From a virus (Duplodnaviria > Caudoviricetes), in the IMG/VR virus record IMGVR_UViG_3300023274_000003, positions 1 to 56,391 of that record: a stretch of 56,391 bases of DNA. One strand, 5' to 3'. The translations under genes were made by a program, and so were the position numbers. Below, piece after piece: positions 27,267 through 36,198 of the stretch. Numbering within the stretch: position 1 is the stretch's first letter; each line of letters starts with the position of its first letter. The notes beneath the pieces are model-generated. The model ran no database searches, was not told where the DNA came from, and worked only from the letters and a program-made list of their open reading frames with translations.

Positions 27267-28092
27267 AAAAATAGCCTATGCAAAGAAATACCATACATTC
27301 AACAGTAAAATTGAAAAGTATGGCAGGAAGATATTCTTTAAAGCACTGAAAGAACAAACCAGCAGCTTACTGGATTATTTAAAACGAGGCGGTCAGTTGT
27401 ATGAAAGTATTGTAGATATATTTATTACACCCGATACCATTAAGCAGGCTCTATCGGGATTCTATCGAAGCGTATCGCCTAAGTTCTTATCTTTCTTTCA
27501 ACAGCCCTTGCAGCCTACCCCTAGTAGTATTCTTTCTTTCAGGGATGCACAGAAACTAGCTGAACTTTCCCGCATTGCCGAATCGGCCGAAGTATTACAA
27601 AAAGTAACCAATATTACCGATACTACCCGCAGGATTATTAAAGAAACCATTAGTAACGGATTTCTGCAAGGCAAACCGCAAAGGGAAATAATTAAAGAAA
27701 TTAACACCAAGACCAAAGGGCAGATTATATTAAAAAGGGCTACCTTGATAGCCAGAACCGAAAGCACTTATATCTCATCTAAAGCCGCAGAGGTAAACGT
27801 GATGTTTTCACCTTTTGCGATGCAGAAAGAATGGATACCTATTGTTGATATGAAAACCCGTGATACTCACCTACATATGCTATCAAAGAAACCAGTACCT
27901 AAAGAACAGCCGTTTAACGTCGGCGGCGTACCTATGAAATATCCAGGCGATCCGGCAGGAGGTGCGGCCAATTGCTGTAACTGCAGGTGCTGCATCGTCT
28001 TTTCCCCTATTACGCAGGATGAAACTTTATCCACAGAAACTACCGAAGGAAATATTTTAGTAAATCAGATAGTAGAGAACCTTTTAAGATGA
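27253..28092 (+). CDS. Minor head protein (Mu gpF/SPP1 gp7-like)
   Basis: RATLIARTES...KEW....D..TR.TH...F.VGG..M.YPGDP......NCRC. Confidence 0.9.
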   Translation: MTKDEKIAYAKKYHTFNSKIEKYGRKIFFKALKEQTSSLLDYLKRGGQLYESIVDIFITPDTIKQALSGFYRSVSPKFLSFFQQPLQPTPSSILSFRDAQKLAELSRIAESAEVLQKVTNITDTTRRIIKETISNGFLQGKPQREIIKEINTKTKGQIILKRATLIARTESTYISSKAAEVNVMFSPFAMQKEWIPIVDMKTRDTHLHMLSKKPVPKEQPFNVGGVPMKYPGDPAGGAANCCNCRCCIVFSPITQDETLSTETTEGNILVNQIVENLLR

Positions 28093-28286
28093 TTACACAC
28101 CCTTACCCTTTTAAAGAACAGCCTTGTTGTGAGGAGTTCAAAGAACTGGTACAGACCAGAGAAATAGACCAGATGTCTAACCAGTGGACGATGTACACCA
28201 CCAATAAGGATAATTACGGCCCACGTTACCAAAGAATTAGTTATTGTCCCTTTTGCGGGGATAAGTTAGAGGAAATTAAAAACTAA
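28089..28286 (+). CDS. Small Cys-containing protein
   Basis: PCCE...ISYCPFCG.KL. Confidence 0.65.
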   Translation: MITHPYPFKEQPCCEEFKELVQTREIDQMSNQWTMYTTNKDNYGPRYQRISYCPFCGDKLEEIKN

Positions 28287-28290
28287 TTAC

Positions 28291-28390
28291 TATATTTGTT
28301 TAACAGTTCATTTGAAAAAGGTAGGATGTTTTCAAATGGAAATAATCACCTTTTAAGCCTTGCCAAATCCTACTGGTCAAGGCTTTTTAT
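28291..28390 (+). ncRNA. Kissing-loop two-hairpin RNA, copy 4 (stand-alone)
   Basis: TATATTTG (28291-28298); loops containing GUAGGAU (28321-28327) and AUCCUAC (28367-28373); U-tract; no co-directional downstream gene. Confidence 0.65.
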
Positions 28391-28401
28391 ATAGTTATAA
28401 A

Positions 28402-29428
28402 TCATAAATCCTTTAACGCTTGACAATATTCATACATTTCAAATACTTCATACATACAAATAAGGCCATCAACTTCGTTTGGTTCTAAATGGCTAAGATG
28501 GAAACGAACAACCTCAACGGGTAGCAAAAGAAATTCTCTTAGCTTCTCTTCCTGCTCGTTGATTTTAGCCATTATTCCCCCTATCTCCATTAGTTTAGCA
28601 TGGGCATCTTCTACGGATATGTTAAGGGTTACGGAGGCGGCTACCAGCTTAATAAAAGCTTCTTGTTCTGCTTTGTCAAAGGTCATTTTTAGAGGTTTGA
28701 TTTTTTCTTGGGAAAACACACATAGGATGAAAGCTACCCTCATGTATAGGTTTCCCATCAATACATACACTTTCAATTGTTATTGTAAAGTTTCCCTGTC
28801 TTGCTATTTCACGAAGTTTTTTAACGGCATCTTTAATTGAGATAGGAGTTTGGTTCTTCGATAACTCCCTCATTTCTTGTTCGCATTTTTCTAGTATCTT
28901 ATTCATCTTGTCCAAATTTATCAATAAACATTTCATCAACTATTTTAGTTTTTCATTTATTTCAAGTTCTTGATTAAAAAGTAAAAAGTATAGATTCTGA
29001 AAAGAGTGTATGGTATTGATAGGTATTTGCGTATCATTCATATATACTCCCTTTAAGTTTTCACCCTCAAAACGTATGTATAGTTTAAAGCCATCGCCAA
29101 GCCATAATAAGTTATCGGATTTAACTATTCCAACACCCTTTATATATCTTTGTAGCGACTTTTTTGTGATAGGAATATATCCCGCCCACCATTCATATTT
29201 TAAAGGAAACTTCTTTCTATTGACTACATAAAACACAACGCCATTGCCGTTTATTTCGGAAACTTTTATTGCGTCTCCATATTGTGTTTGCAGGATATTC
29301 CCTAATCTTAACTCTTTTATGTCTACATTCATTTCAATAACCAGTCCCTTAAAGGTCAATGCCTTAGCTAACTTGATGTGGTCTTTTATATTCCACTCTT
29401 CATCTTCTTTGCTTAATTGCTTTCTCAT
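28402..29428 (-). other. Three hypothetical genes inverted within the head module (28402-~28686, 28676-~28906, 28940-29428)
   Basis: Packed minus-strand ORFs; exact starts uncertain. Confidence 0.6.
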
Positions 29429-29634
29429 ATCTTAAAATAGTCTTTTAACTGTCCATAGGTTACAGGGTCAGCACCCCGACTGCCGTTGTTGTTTACTTTC
29501 TTACCTAAATGTTTACGCACCTGCTTTAGTTTCCTCATGGCCGTACGTGGGGAACATTGAAACACCTCTTGCACGTCTTTTACGGTTGCTATACTTGTGA
29601 TAATTAATGCCATAATGTATATAAATAGTGCCAC
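29425..29634 (-). CDS. Small HTH-like DNA-binding protein
   Basis: TVKDVQEVFQCSPRTAMRKLKQVR; true start probably the internal MALIIT. Confidence 0.6.
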   Translation of the reverse strand: MALFIYIMALIITSIATVKDVQEVFQCSPRTAMRKLKQVRKHLGKKVNNNGSRGADPVTYGQLKDYFKI

Positions 29635-29701
29635 TCTATAAGCAAAGATATAAATATTATTATTTAATATCCTATTTTTATTAGAAAAAATCTCTCACAA
29701 G

Positions 29702-30427
29702 TTGGAAACAGCCACCTTTAAGAACATTGCTACAGAATTATTAGATGAAACAGGCGACGGGCGCACCGTTCGTGCAAGGGTTTCTAAATTCGGCAATATT
29801 GACCACGACGGAGATATGATGATGCCAGGATGCTATAAAAAAAGCATTCAGGAACGAGGGCATGAACTATTCCACCTTTCCAACCACCGGATGCTACCAG
29901 AGTTTGTTCTTTCAAAAGCTACTTTTGAAGAAGATAAAGACGGACTGGTAATGACATCCACCCTTCGCAATACACAGCACGCAGAAGACATATTAGAGGG
30001 GTATAAGACAGGGATATGGAGCCAGCACAGCGTCATGTTTGCTGCCACCAAAGGAGGGTACGAAAAAAAGACTACAACCAAAGGCGAAACCTATAACGAG
30101 TTTACAGAAGTAAAGCTATATGAAGGGTCAACCGTAGTATTAGGTGCTAACCCTGACACCCCTACTTTAGGTCTAAAGTCATTCTTTGAGACTGAATATA
30201 AAAGCGACATCAAAAAAGCCTTTGACCATCTGCGTAAATTAAACACTGCCTTTAGAAAAGGAAAATTCACAGACGAGTTTTTCCCGCTCATAGAAATTCA
30301 AATCAAATTAATAGAATCCTTTATCGAAGAAAGTCAGCAAAAAAGCATTGAGCCGGCACTAGTCACTCAACCGCAAGAGGGCAAAGGTAAGGAACTGTTT
30401 ACACAAATCTTAGCATCATTAAAATAA
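29702..30427 (+). CDS. HK97-family prohead protease
   Basis: SKFGNIDHDGD....G...K, H, HSV.F, EVKLYEGS.V..GAN..T; TTG start. Confidence 0.9.
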   Translation: METATFKNIATELLDETGDGRTVRARVSKFGNIDHDGDMMMPGCYKKSIQERGHELFHLSNHRMLPEFVLSKATFEEDKDGLVMTSTLRNTQHAEDILEGYKTGIWSQHSVMFAATKGGYEKKTTTKGETYNEFTEVKLYEGSTVVLGANPDTPTLGLKSFFETEYKSDIKKAFDHLRKLNTAFRKGKFTDEFFPLIEIQIKLIESFIEESQQKSIEPALVTQPQEGKGKELFTQILASLK

Positions 30428-31680
30428 TGGAAATACAAGAAGCAAAAACAGAGATTTTAGGAGCGATTGACTCACGCCTCAAACAATACGAGGCACAGGT
30501 GAAAACCGCAGGAGACGCCGCCGCATCCACTACCACAGAATTGAAAAATCTGTCAGATAGGTTTGCTGATATTATCGAGAAGCAAACTAAACTCGACGAG
30601 AATCAAGGGGTATTAATCAAACAAGCAGATGCACTTGAAATGTGGGCAAAACGTCAGAACCAATCGTTCGACCAGCGCATCAAAGGGTTTTACGAAGACC
30701 TCAAAGAAAAAGCAGATGCAGCCTCTGGCGATCTGGCAGCGTTAGGCACCCGTAAAAGTCGCAGTGTTAATTTTGACCTGGAACATGGCCAGGACTATGT
30801 ATCTCAAAAAGCAGTAGGTAATATTACTACTTCTTTGAGTGCTACCGGAACGTTACCTGTTCAAATGGCTCCTAACGTAGTGATGCCGCAAAACAGAAAG
30901 GTACATATCCGTTCGCTGATTCCTTCAACCCCGATGACTGCCGTTAATTACTCTTATCCTAAGTTTACAGATGGAGAGGGAACGCCAGCGATTCAAACGG
31001 AAGGCTCAGCTAAAGCGCAAGGGGATTTAGATGTACAGTACATCACGTTAAATCCTGTGGTGATTGCCTACTGGATGCGTGTATCTGAGCAGATGCTTTC
31101 AGATATTCCGCGTTTACTTTCTGTTATCTCTAACCGTATGGTTGAGCAGTTGTTGAATGTAGAAGATAACGAAATCTTAAACGGCCCGGGCGGTAATAAC
31201 CGATTAAACGGTATTATCACACAAGCGACTGCCTTTGCTCCACAAGGTTCGGCTAATAAATCTAACGCAGACCGTTATAACTACATTCTGAGTGCCTTGT
31301 CTCAATTAGCACAGACTAATTACATGGCTTCAGGTATTGTAGTGAATCCGTACTCATACTACGAATTTATGCAGGTAAAAACAACGACTAACGACTATAC
31401 CGCGCCATTGTCAGGTATTACATGGATTGATAATACCCTTCGTTTAGCGGGTGTTCCTGTTTATCAGACTACCGCAATGGCTCAGAACTCGTTTGTTGTA
31501 GGTGACTGGAATCAGGCGGAGTTCTTAGTAAAAGATGCCATGCAGGTAGACCTTTCCAGAGAAGACAACGACAACTTCACCAAGAACTTAGTAACCGTTC
31601 GTGTAGAAGAAAGAGTTGGTCTGGCTGTTTATTATCCACAAGCATTTCTCTATGGGTCGTTCAACGCCATCTCATCATAA
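30427..31680 (+). CDS. Major capsid protein (HK97 fold, N-terminal delta domain)
   Basis: EG..K....IA....VS.QML.D...ED..ILNG.G...GI...GD....F.KN.V..RVEER. Confidence 0.95.
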   Translation: MEIQEAKTEILGAIDSRLKQYEAQVKTAGDAAASTTTELKNLSDRFADIIEKQTKLDENQGVLIKQADALEMWAKRQNQSFDQRIKGFYEDLKEKADAASGDLAALGTRKSRSVNFDLEHGQDYVSQKAVGNITTSLSATGTLPVQMAPNVVMPQNRKVHIRSLIPSTPMTAVNYSYPKFTDGEGTPAIQTEGSAKAQGDLDVQYITLNPVVIAYWMRVSEQMLSDIPRLLSVISNRMVEQLLNVEDNEILNGPGGNNRLNGIITQATAFAPQGSANKSNADRYNYILSALSQLAQTNYMASGIVVNPYSYYEFMQVKTTTNDYTAPLSGITWIDNTLRLAGVPVYQTTAMAQNSFVVGDWNQAEFLVKDAMQVDLSREDNDNFTKNLVTVRVEERVGLAVYYPQAFLYGSFNAISS

Positions 31681-32299
31681 TTCACAAGTCAGGGAGGGGT
31701 TATTCCCTCCCGACTTTATCAGTAAATCAATCGTTCTTAATCTGGACGAAAGAATCGACAGGCTAAGCCAGACTACTGAGGAGTTACAAAAAGTAGGGGT
31801 AAGGTTTGAAAGATTCGCCGCCATTAAGCACGCCGAAGGGTGGAAAGGGTACAACCAGTCTATTCTAGCTATTTTAAATAGAACGGAAGGATGGGGTAAT
31901 ATATTCTTAGTAGAAGACGATTGTAGTTTTATAGGTGACGTAAGCCATGTAAAAAGGGCTGTACGGGAACTGCCTGACAATTGGGACGGGTTATGGCTAG
32001 GGTCGAACTTGCAAGGAGTTCACACCAATAAGCACTCAGCACACCTTTACAAGCTAGAGAACGGATGGAATACACACGCAATTATATTAAGTCCAAAGTT
32101 CCGCAAGTGGTGTTTAGAGAATTATCAGCAGTGGGAAAATATCCCTTTTGATGAGTTTCTAAGGGTTAATCAGCCTAATAAAAACTGTTATGTCGTTTAT
32201 CCGATGGTAGCGATTCAACGGGCATCATATTCTAATATTATCAACGACTTCGCTAATTACGAATCACGGTTCGAGGAAGTCCAACAATTCTTTTTATGA
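31652..32299 (+). CDS. Glycosyltransferase, GT25-like (GT-A); start uncertain
   Basis: IVLNLDERIDRL...ERF.AI...G...S...VEDD...LP.NWD.LWLG...THAI. Confidence 0.75.
   Translation: MGRSTPSHHNSQVREGLFPPDFISKSIVLNLDERIDRLSQTTEELQKVGVRFERFAAIKHAEGWKGYNQSILAILNRTEGWGNIFLVEDDCSFIGDVSHVKRAVRELPDNWDGLWLGSNLQGVHTNKHSAHLYKLENGWNTHAIILSPKFRKWCLENYQQWENIPFDEFLRVNQPNKNCYVVYPMVAIQRASYSNIINDFANYESRFEEVQQFFL
31686..31716 (+). terminator. GC-rich hairpin right after capsid gene (partial terminator or stabiliser)
   Basis: AAGTCAGGGAGGG-loop-CCCTCCCGACTT. Confidence 0.5.
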
Positions 32300-33264
32300 G
32301 GATACTCTTTCATCTGCACGCTTACCCACCTGAACTATTGGCAGGAGCCGAAACGATGGCCCGCCGGATTGCTAAATTTCTAAAGGGTAAAGGACATGAA
32401 ATAAAGGTGTATTCACAAACAGCCAAAAGCATACAGTTCATTGATGAAATACAGGTAAAGCCTTACGATACAAGCGTAGATGATGATTCAGACTGGCAAT
32501 GGGCTGATTTAGTTATTACTCATTTAGGTGCTACTGCGTATTGTCTGAACAAGTCGAGATTCTGGAAAAAGAAACTGGTGAATCTGATTCATAATTCTTT
32601 TTTTGACCAGTTGACCTGTTGCCGTGTAGCTAATAACTATCTGGTTTATAATTCGCCTTATGTCAAAAGAGAATTAGAATCGCATGGATACACGCACCCC
32701 AATGTTATTTGTATCCCTCCGGTAGACTACAGAGAATATGAAGACGTGCAGATTACAGGTGAGTATATTACGCTTGTAAACCTTAACGAAAATAAAGGAG
32801 GAAAGATATTTATTGAACTGGCTAAAAGATTGCCACAGTACAAGTTTCTAGGCGTAACAGGCGGATATTATGAACAGCACAAACAACAGCTTCCTAACCT
32901 CACTTATATACCACCGCAAGGCGATATTAAGAAGGCATACCAGAAGACAAAACTATTGTTAATGCCTTCCGAATATGAAAGCTGGGGGCAGGTGGCTATC
33001 GAAGCATTAAGTTGTGGTATTCCTGTAATCAGCAGTAAAGCGCAAGGGTTGTGCGAGGCATTAGGGTATGCAGGAATGAATGTAGAGCGAGATAATATGG
33101 ATGGATGGATAGCATCTATCTGCGCTATCATGGAAGACAAAGACAGATACGATAAGTTGTCTTTTTTAGCCAAGAAAAGAGCCAAAGACCTAGACCCTAC
33201 CCCTTATTTAGAAGAGTTAAACAGTTTCTTAGTAGATATAAATCAGCGATTATGGCAACAATAG
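32296..33264 (+). CDS. Glycosyltransferase, GT4-like (GT-B)
   Basis: YPP...AGAE......L...GHE; NKGG; LLMPSEYESWGQVAIEALSCGIPVI (EX7E). Confidence 0.9.
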   Translation: MRILFHLHAYPPELLAGAETMARRIAKFLKGKGHEIKVYSQTAKSIQFIDEIQVKPYDTSVDDDSDWQWADLVITHLGATAYCLNKSRFWKKKLVNLIHNSFFDQLTCCRVANNYLVYNSPYVKRELESHGYTHPNVICIPPVDYREYEDVQITGEYITLVNLNENKGGKIFIELAKRLPQYKFLGVTGGYYEQHKQQLPNLTYIPPQGDIKKAYQKTKLLLMPSEYESWGQVAIEALSCGIPVISSKAQGLCEALGYAGMNVERDNMDGWIASICAIMEDKDRYDKLSFLAKKRAKDLDPTPYLEELNSFLVDINQRLWQQ

Positions 33265-33365
33265 AAACGCCCGCAAAGGAAGAGGAAAAACCCCTTAAAA
33301 AGAAAAAGGTAGAATTGGTTAAAACTAAAGAAAGAAAAATCCGTGTTGACAACGAATCTAATTGA
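33252..33365 (+). CDS. 37-aa Lys/Glu-rich peptide, not in ORF track
   Basis: MATIETPAKEEEKPLKKKKV... fills the gap, overlapping both neighbours. Confidence 0.5.
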   Translation: MATIETPAKEEEKPLKKKKVELVKTKERKIRVDNESN

Positions 33366-33888
33366 TGTAAGCATATCCGACGAAGGAAGCGAAGTAGTAG
33401 ATTTAACCTACGTTAAACTCTATTGTCAGATAGATGGTAGTAATCACGATGCGCTTTTAATGACGTTAATTAAATCTGCCCGCCAGGATGTTGAAAAGTA
33501 TGCAGATATATCTATTGTCACTAAGACTATACGGGCCGAATGGACTTCAGTATCTGAATACGCTATTCTACCTAAACCCCGAATTAATGACATTGACTCT
33601 GTTTTTGATAGTCAGGAAAACGAGCTGTTTTTAGATTCAGCTTACCAGATAAGAGGACAGGATAAGAAACGCATTATAGGGGATTTTTCTAATGGATTAG
33701 TAGTGACTTATGGGGCGGGATACGGAACGGACGTGCCGGAAGATTTAAAAATGAGTATCACTAAAAAGGTACTCATGGATTTTGAAGCACGGACAGGGTT
33801 AAGTGTTAGTAACTCACAAAGCCTGTTACTTCCTAATAGCTGGGAGAAAACGGCTATAGCTTACAGACCTACATGGATGATTCTTTAA
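33343..33888 (+). CDS. Head-tail connector (gp6-like)
   Basis: L..VK.Y..ID...HDALL..LIKSAR..VE...YGAGY...VPEDLK. Confidence 0.85.
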   Translation: MLTTNLIDVSISDEGSEVVDLTYVKLYCQIDGSNHDALLMTLIKSARQDVEKYADISIVTKTIRAEWTSVSEYAILPKPRINDIDSVFDSQENELFLDSAYQIRGQDKKRIIGDFSNGLVVTYGAGYGTDVPEDLKMSITKKVLMDFEARTGLSVSNSQSLLLPNSWEKTAIAYRPTWMIL

Positions 33889-34214
33889 GAATAGAAGCAG
33901 GAAAGCTAAGGGAACGAATTAGTTTCTATACTACCGCTGCTACACAGGACGAGGCAGGAGGGTTTCCTGAAAGTACAAAAACGTTTGCTTTTTCAGTGGC
34001 TTGTATGTTAGCACCTAAAATAAGTATGCGAACCTATGAGGGACAGAAAACAGAGTTTACCGAAACATGGGATTTATTGATGAGATATGATAGTAACCTC
34101 GTACCGGATGGACAGATGCTGGCTTTTTTCAGAAACGAGTATTTTAATATACTAGGAATCGAAAATGTATTAACGAGAAATTTGGTCTTAAAAATAAAGA
34201 TAGCCAGGCATTGA
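33873..34214 (+). CDS. Head closure/adaptor protein
   Basis: AGKLRERISF......DEAGG; synteny. Confidence 0.8.
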   Translation: MDDSLRIEAGKLRERISFYTTAATQDEAGGFPESTKTFAFSVACMLAPKISMRTYEGQKTEFTETWDLLMRYDSNLVPDGQMLAFFRNEYFNILGIENVLTRNLVLKIKIARH

Positions 34215-34645
34215 AAGCGAAAGTTACAGGGTTGAATACGATTCTAAGGAATATGAAAATCTATTCCGAAAGACTAAAAACGGATTTAATTCAACAGACC
34301 GAAAAGTCAGGCACAAACATTGAAAGGGCGGCTAAAATGCGGGTAATTAAGGACTTTGTATTAAGGCAGTCTATCTTTTCAAGAATGAATTACCAGAAGG
34401 GAGTAGCAGAGGTAGGGGCAACCGCATTTCATGCACCTTATGTAGAGTTTGGAACAGGGCTAAAGGTAAAGGTTCCACAAGGCTATGAAGAATTTGCGAT
34501 GCAGTTCTATGTAAACGGAAAGGGCAGAATGTCGCCACAACCTTATTTAATTCCATCTTTTTTAGAAGAAATGACACACTATAAGTCAAATATTCAAAAA
34601 CTGGTGCAAAAATATAGTGGATTAAAGTCGATTAAACGATTATGA
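34211..34645 (+). CDS. HK97 gp10-like neck protein
   Basis: APYVEFGTG...PQPYL.P. Confidence 0.8.
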   Translation: MKAKVTGLNTILRNMKIYSERLKTDLIQQTEKSGTNIERAAKMRVIKDFVLRQSIFSRMNYQKGVAEVGATAFHAPYVEFGTGLKVKVPQGYEEFAMQFYVNGKGRMSPQPYLIPSFLEEMTHYKSNIQKLVQKYSGLKSIKRL

Positions 34646-35061
34646 AAGATACAGGCTTACCAGTCAGAACAGCATACACAACGCTACTAAAAGGCTTAGG
34701 GTTTAACTGTTACGACTATAAAGCCCCTGACAGCGCAACTGTTCCTTATATTATTTTAGGGTCACAGAACCAGCAGCCAGAAGATACTAAAAACAGATTT
34801 GGCTATCGATCAACGATTAATCTGGATTTTGTCATGTCTTTTAAAGACCAGTATGGAGGAAGGAAGCAGCTAGATTTGATGGTTAATACGGTACTTGAGG
34901 CATTAAAGCCAGAGCCTGGACAAGTAGGAATCAGCGTAACAGGGTTTAGTATTTACGGGACGACTATTCCGATGCAGTTTGACTTTCCACCCGAAGTAGA
35001 GAATACACAGACGATTTATAGACGAGTAATTACAATAGAACATTTATTAGAACAACAATAA
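34642..35061 (+). CDS. Tail terminator/completion protein
   Basis: YD..P.....PYI..G motif; synteny. Confidence 0.7.
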   Translation: MKDTGLPVRTAYTTLLKGLGFNCYDYKAPDSATVPYIILGSQNQQPEDTKNRFGYRSTINLDFVMSFKDQYGGRKQLDLMVNTVLEALKPEPGQVGISVTGFSIYGTTIPMQFDFPPEVENTQTIYRRVITIEHLLEQQ

Positions 35062-35062
35062 G

Positions 35063-35485
35063 ATGGCAAAATCAAACGCTTCCAGTCACAAACTTTCTTT
35101 AATCGAATCTAGTGTTGAGAAACCAGTAGCGGAATTAACCAATATTACATTCGGGGGAAGTACGGACTTAATAGACCTTACCTCTAAGGATAATAACGGA
35201 TTCAGGGATATTTTGCCTGGGTTGCAGTCTTTTACCTTAAATATTGAAGGTTTTGTAGACTTTCAGACCACAGCTAATAGTCGAAATATTGACGATTTAG
35301 TAACGGCTAAGAGAACTAAAGTCCTTGTTACCTTTAAACTAGCCAACAGCACCACAGGCGACACTGTTTATCTGGGGCTGGCGTATGTGACTGCTTTTGA
35401 GATTACCTCAGGCACAGAGACAGGCTTAACTTTTACGGCCACCTTTGAAGTAAAAGGCGATATAACAGTAGGTGCTAATTCATAA
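35063..35485 (+). CDS. Tail tube (major tail) protein
   Basis: IDLTSKD..G....LPG..S......G...Y.G.A.VT......TF.ATF...G. Confidence 0.85.
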   Translation: MAKSNASSHKLSLIESSVEKPVAELTNITFGGSTDLIDLTSKDNNGFRDILPGLQSFTLNIEGFVDFQTTANSRNIDDLVTAKRTKVLVTFKLANSTTGDTVYLGLAYVTAFEITSGTETGLTFTATFEVKGDITVGANS

Positions 35486-35488
35486 AAT

Positions 35489-35950
35489 ATGAGAGGATAT
35501 TTCGAGATACCAGAAGAGGGTAGGTTTCTGATAGGAACCTACGCTCTAAGAAAATTAACCAAAAACTATAATTGTTCACCTAGCGAACTGTTTAATCTGG
35601 CTAGTGACGGTATAGAGTCGTTAAGCTTTACGGTTCTACTATTAAAGTACAGCAGGGAAAATGCACGTTTGCAGGCTAACGGACAAGAAAACTTTAAAGA
35701 GGTCACAGAAACCGAAATTGAATTTATTCTTGACAAGATAGGCGTAGACGAAGCCATTAACCGCACCATCATTGATGCGTTGTGTCAGTCTATATCCGGC
35801 AAGTCTTTGGCAGAGCTGGAAGAAGAAGGGCGCAAAAAGATGCAAGAGGAGCAGCAGGAAATCGAGGAAGAGGAAAAAAAAATTGGTTCGATTACTGGCG
35901 CGCCATCGAAAAAATCGGATGGCGCAAAGGAATCAGACCTGTCGAACTAG
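35489..35950 (+). CDS. Tail assembly chaperone (G-like)
   Basis: Between tail tube and tape measure; contains A9 slippery run. Confidence 0.75.
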   Translation: MRGYFEIPEEGRFLIGTYALRKLTKNYNCSPSELFNLASDGIESLSFTVLLLKYSRENARLQANGQENFKEVTETEIEFILDKIGVDEAINRTIIDALCQSISGKSLAELEEEGRKKMQEEQQEIEEEEKKIGSITGAPSKKSDGAKESDLSN

Positions 35951-36198
35951 ATTGCCTGACCCTGTATGACATAGATGTTTTATATGAATGTCAAAGGGAA
36001 GAAGACGAGTTTGTTTCTAAAAATACACGTATAATCGCTTACTATATCGCTTTAGCCAGTGATAAATTCAGAAAGGGATTAAAAGAAACCGACATATTTA
36101 CTTTGCCCTCAGAAATACCTAAGGTACAAAGAATCAAAAAATGGGAAACCGAATACACTGACAGGGTTTTAAGAACCCTTTATTCTCAAAAGAAATAA
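35874..36198 (+). CDS. Tail assembly chaperone extension (GT-like), reached by -1 frameshift
   Basis: A9 at 35874-35882 leads into -1 frame KKNWFDYW...GIRP.E...LT..D. Confidence 0.8.
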
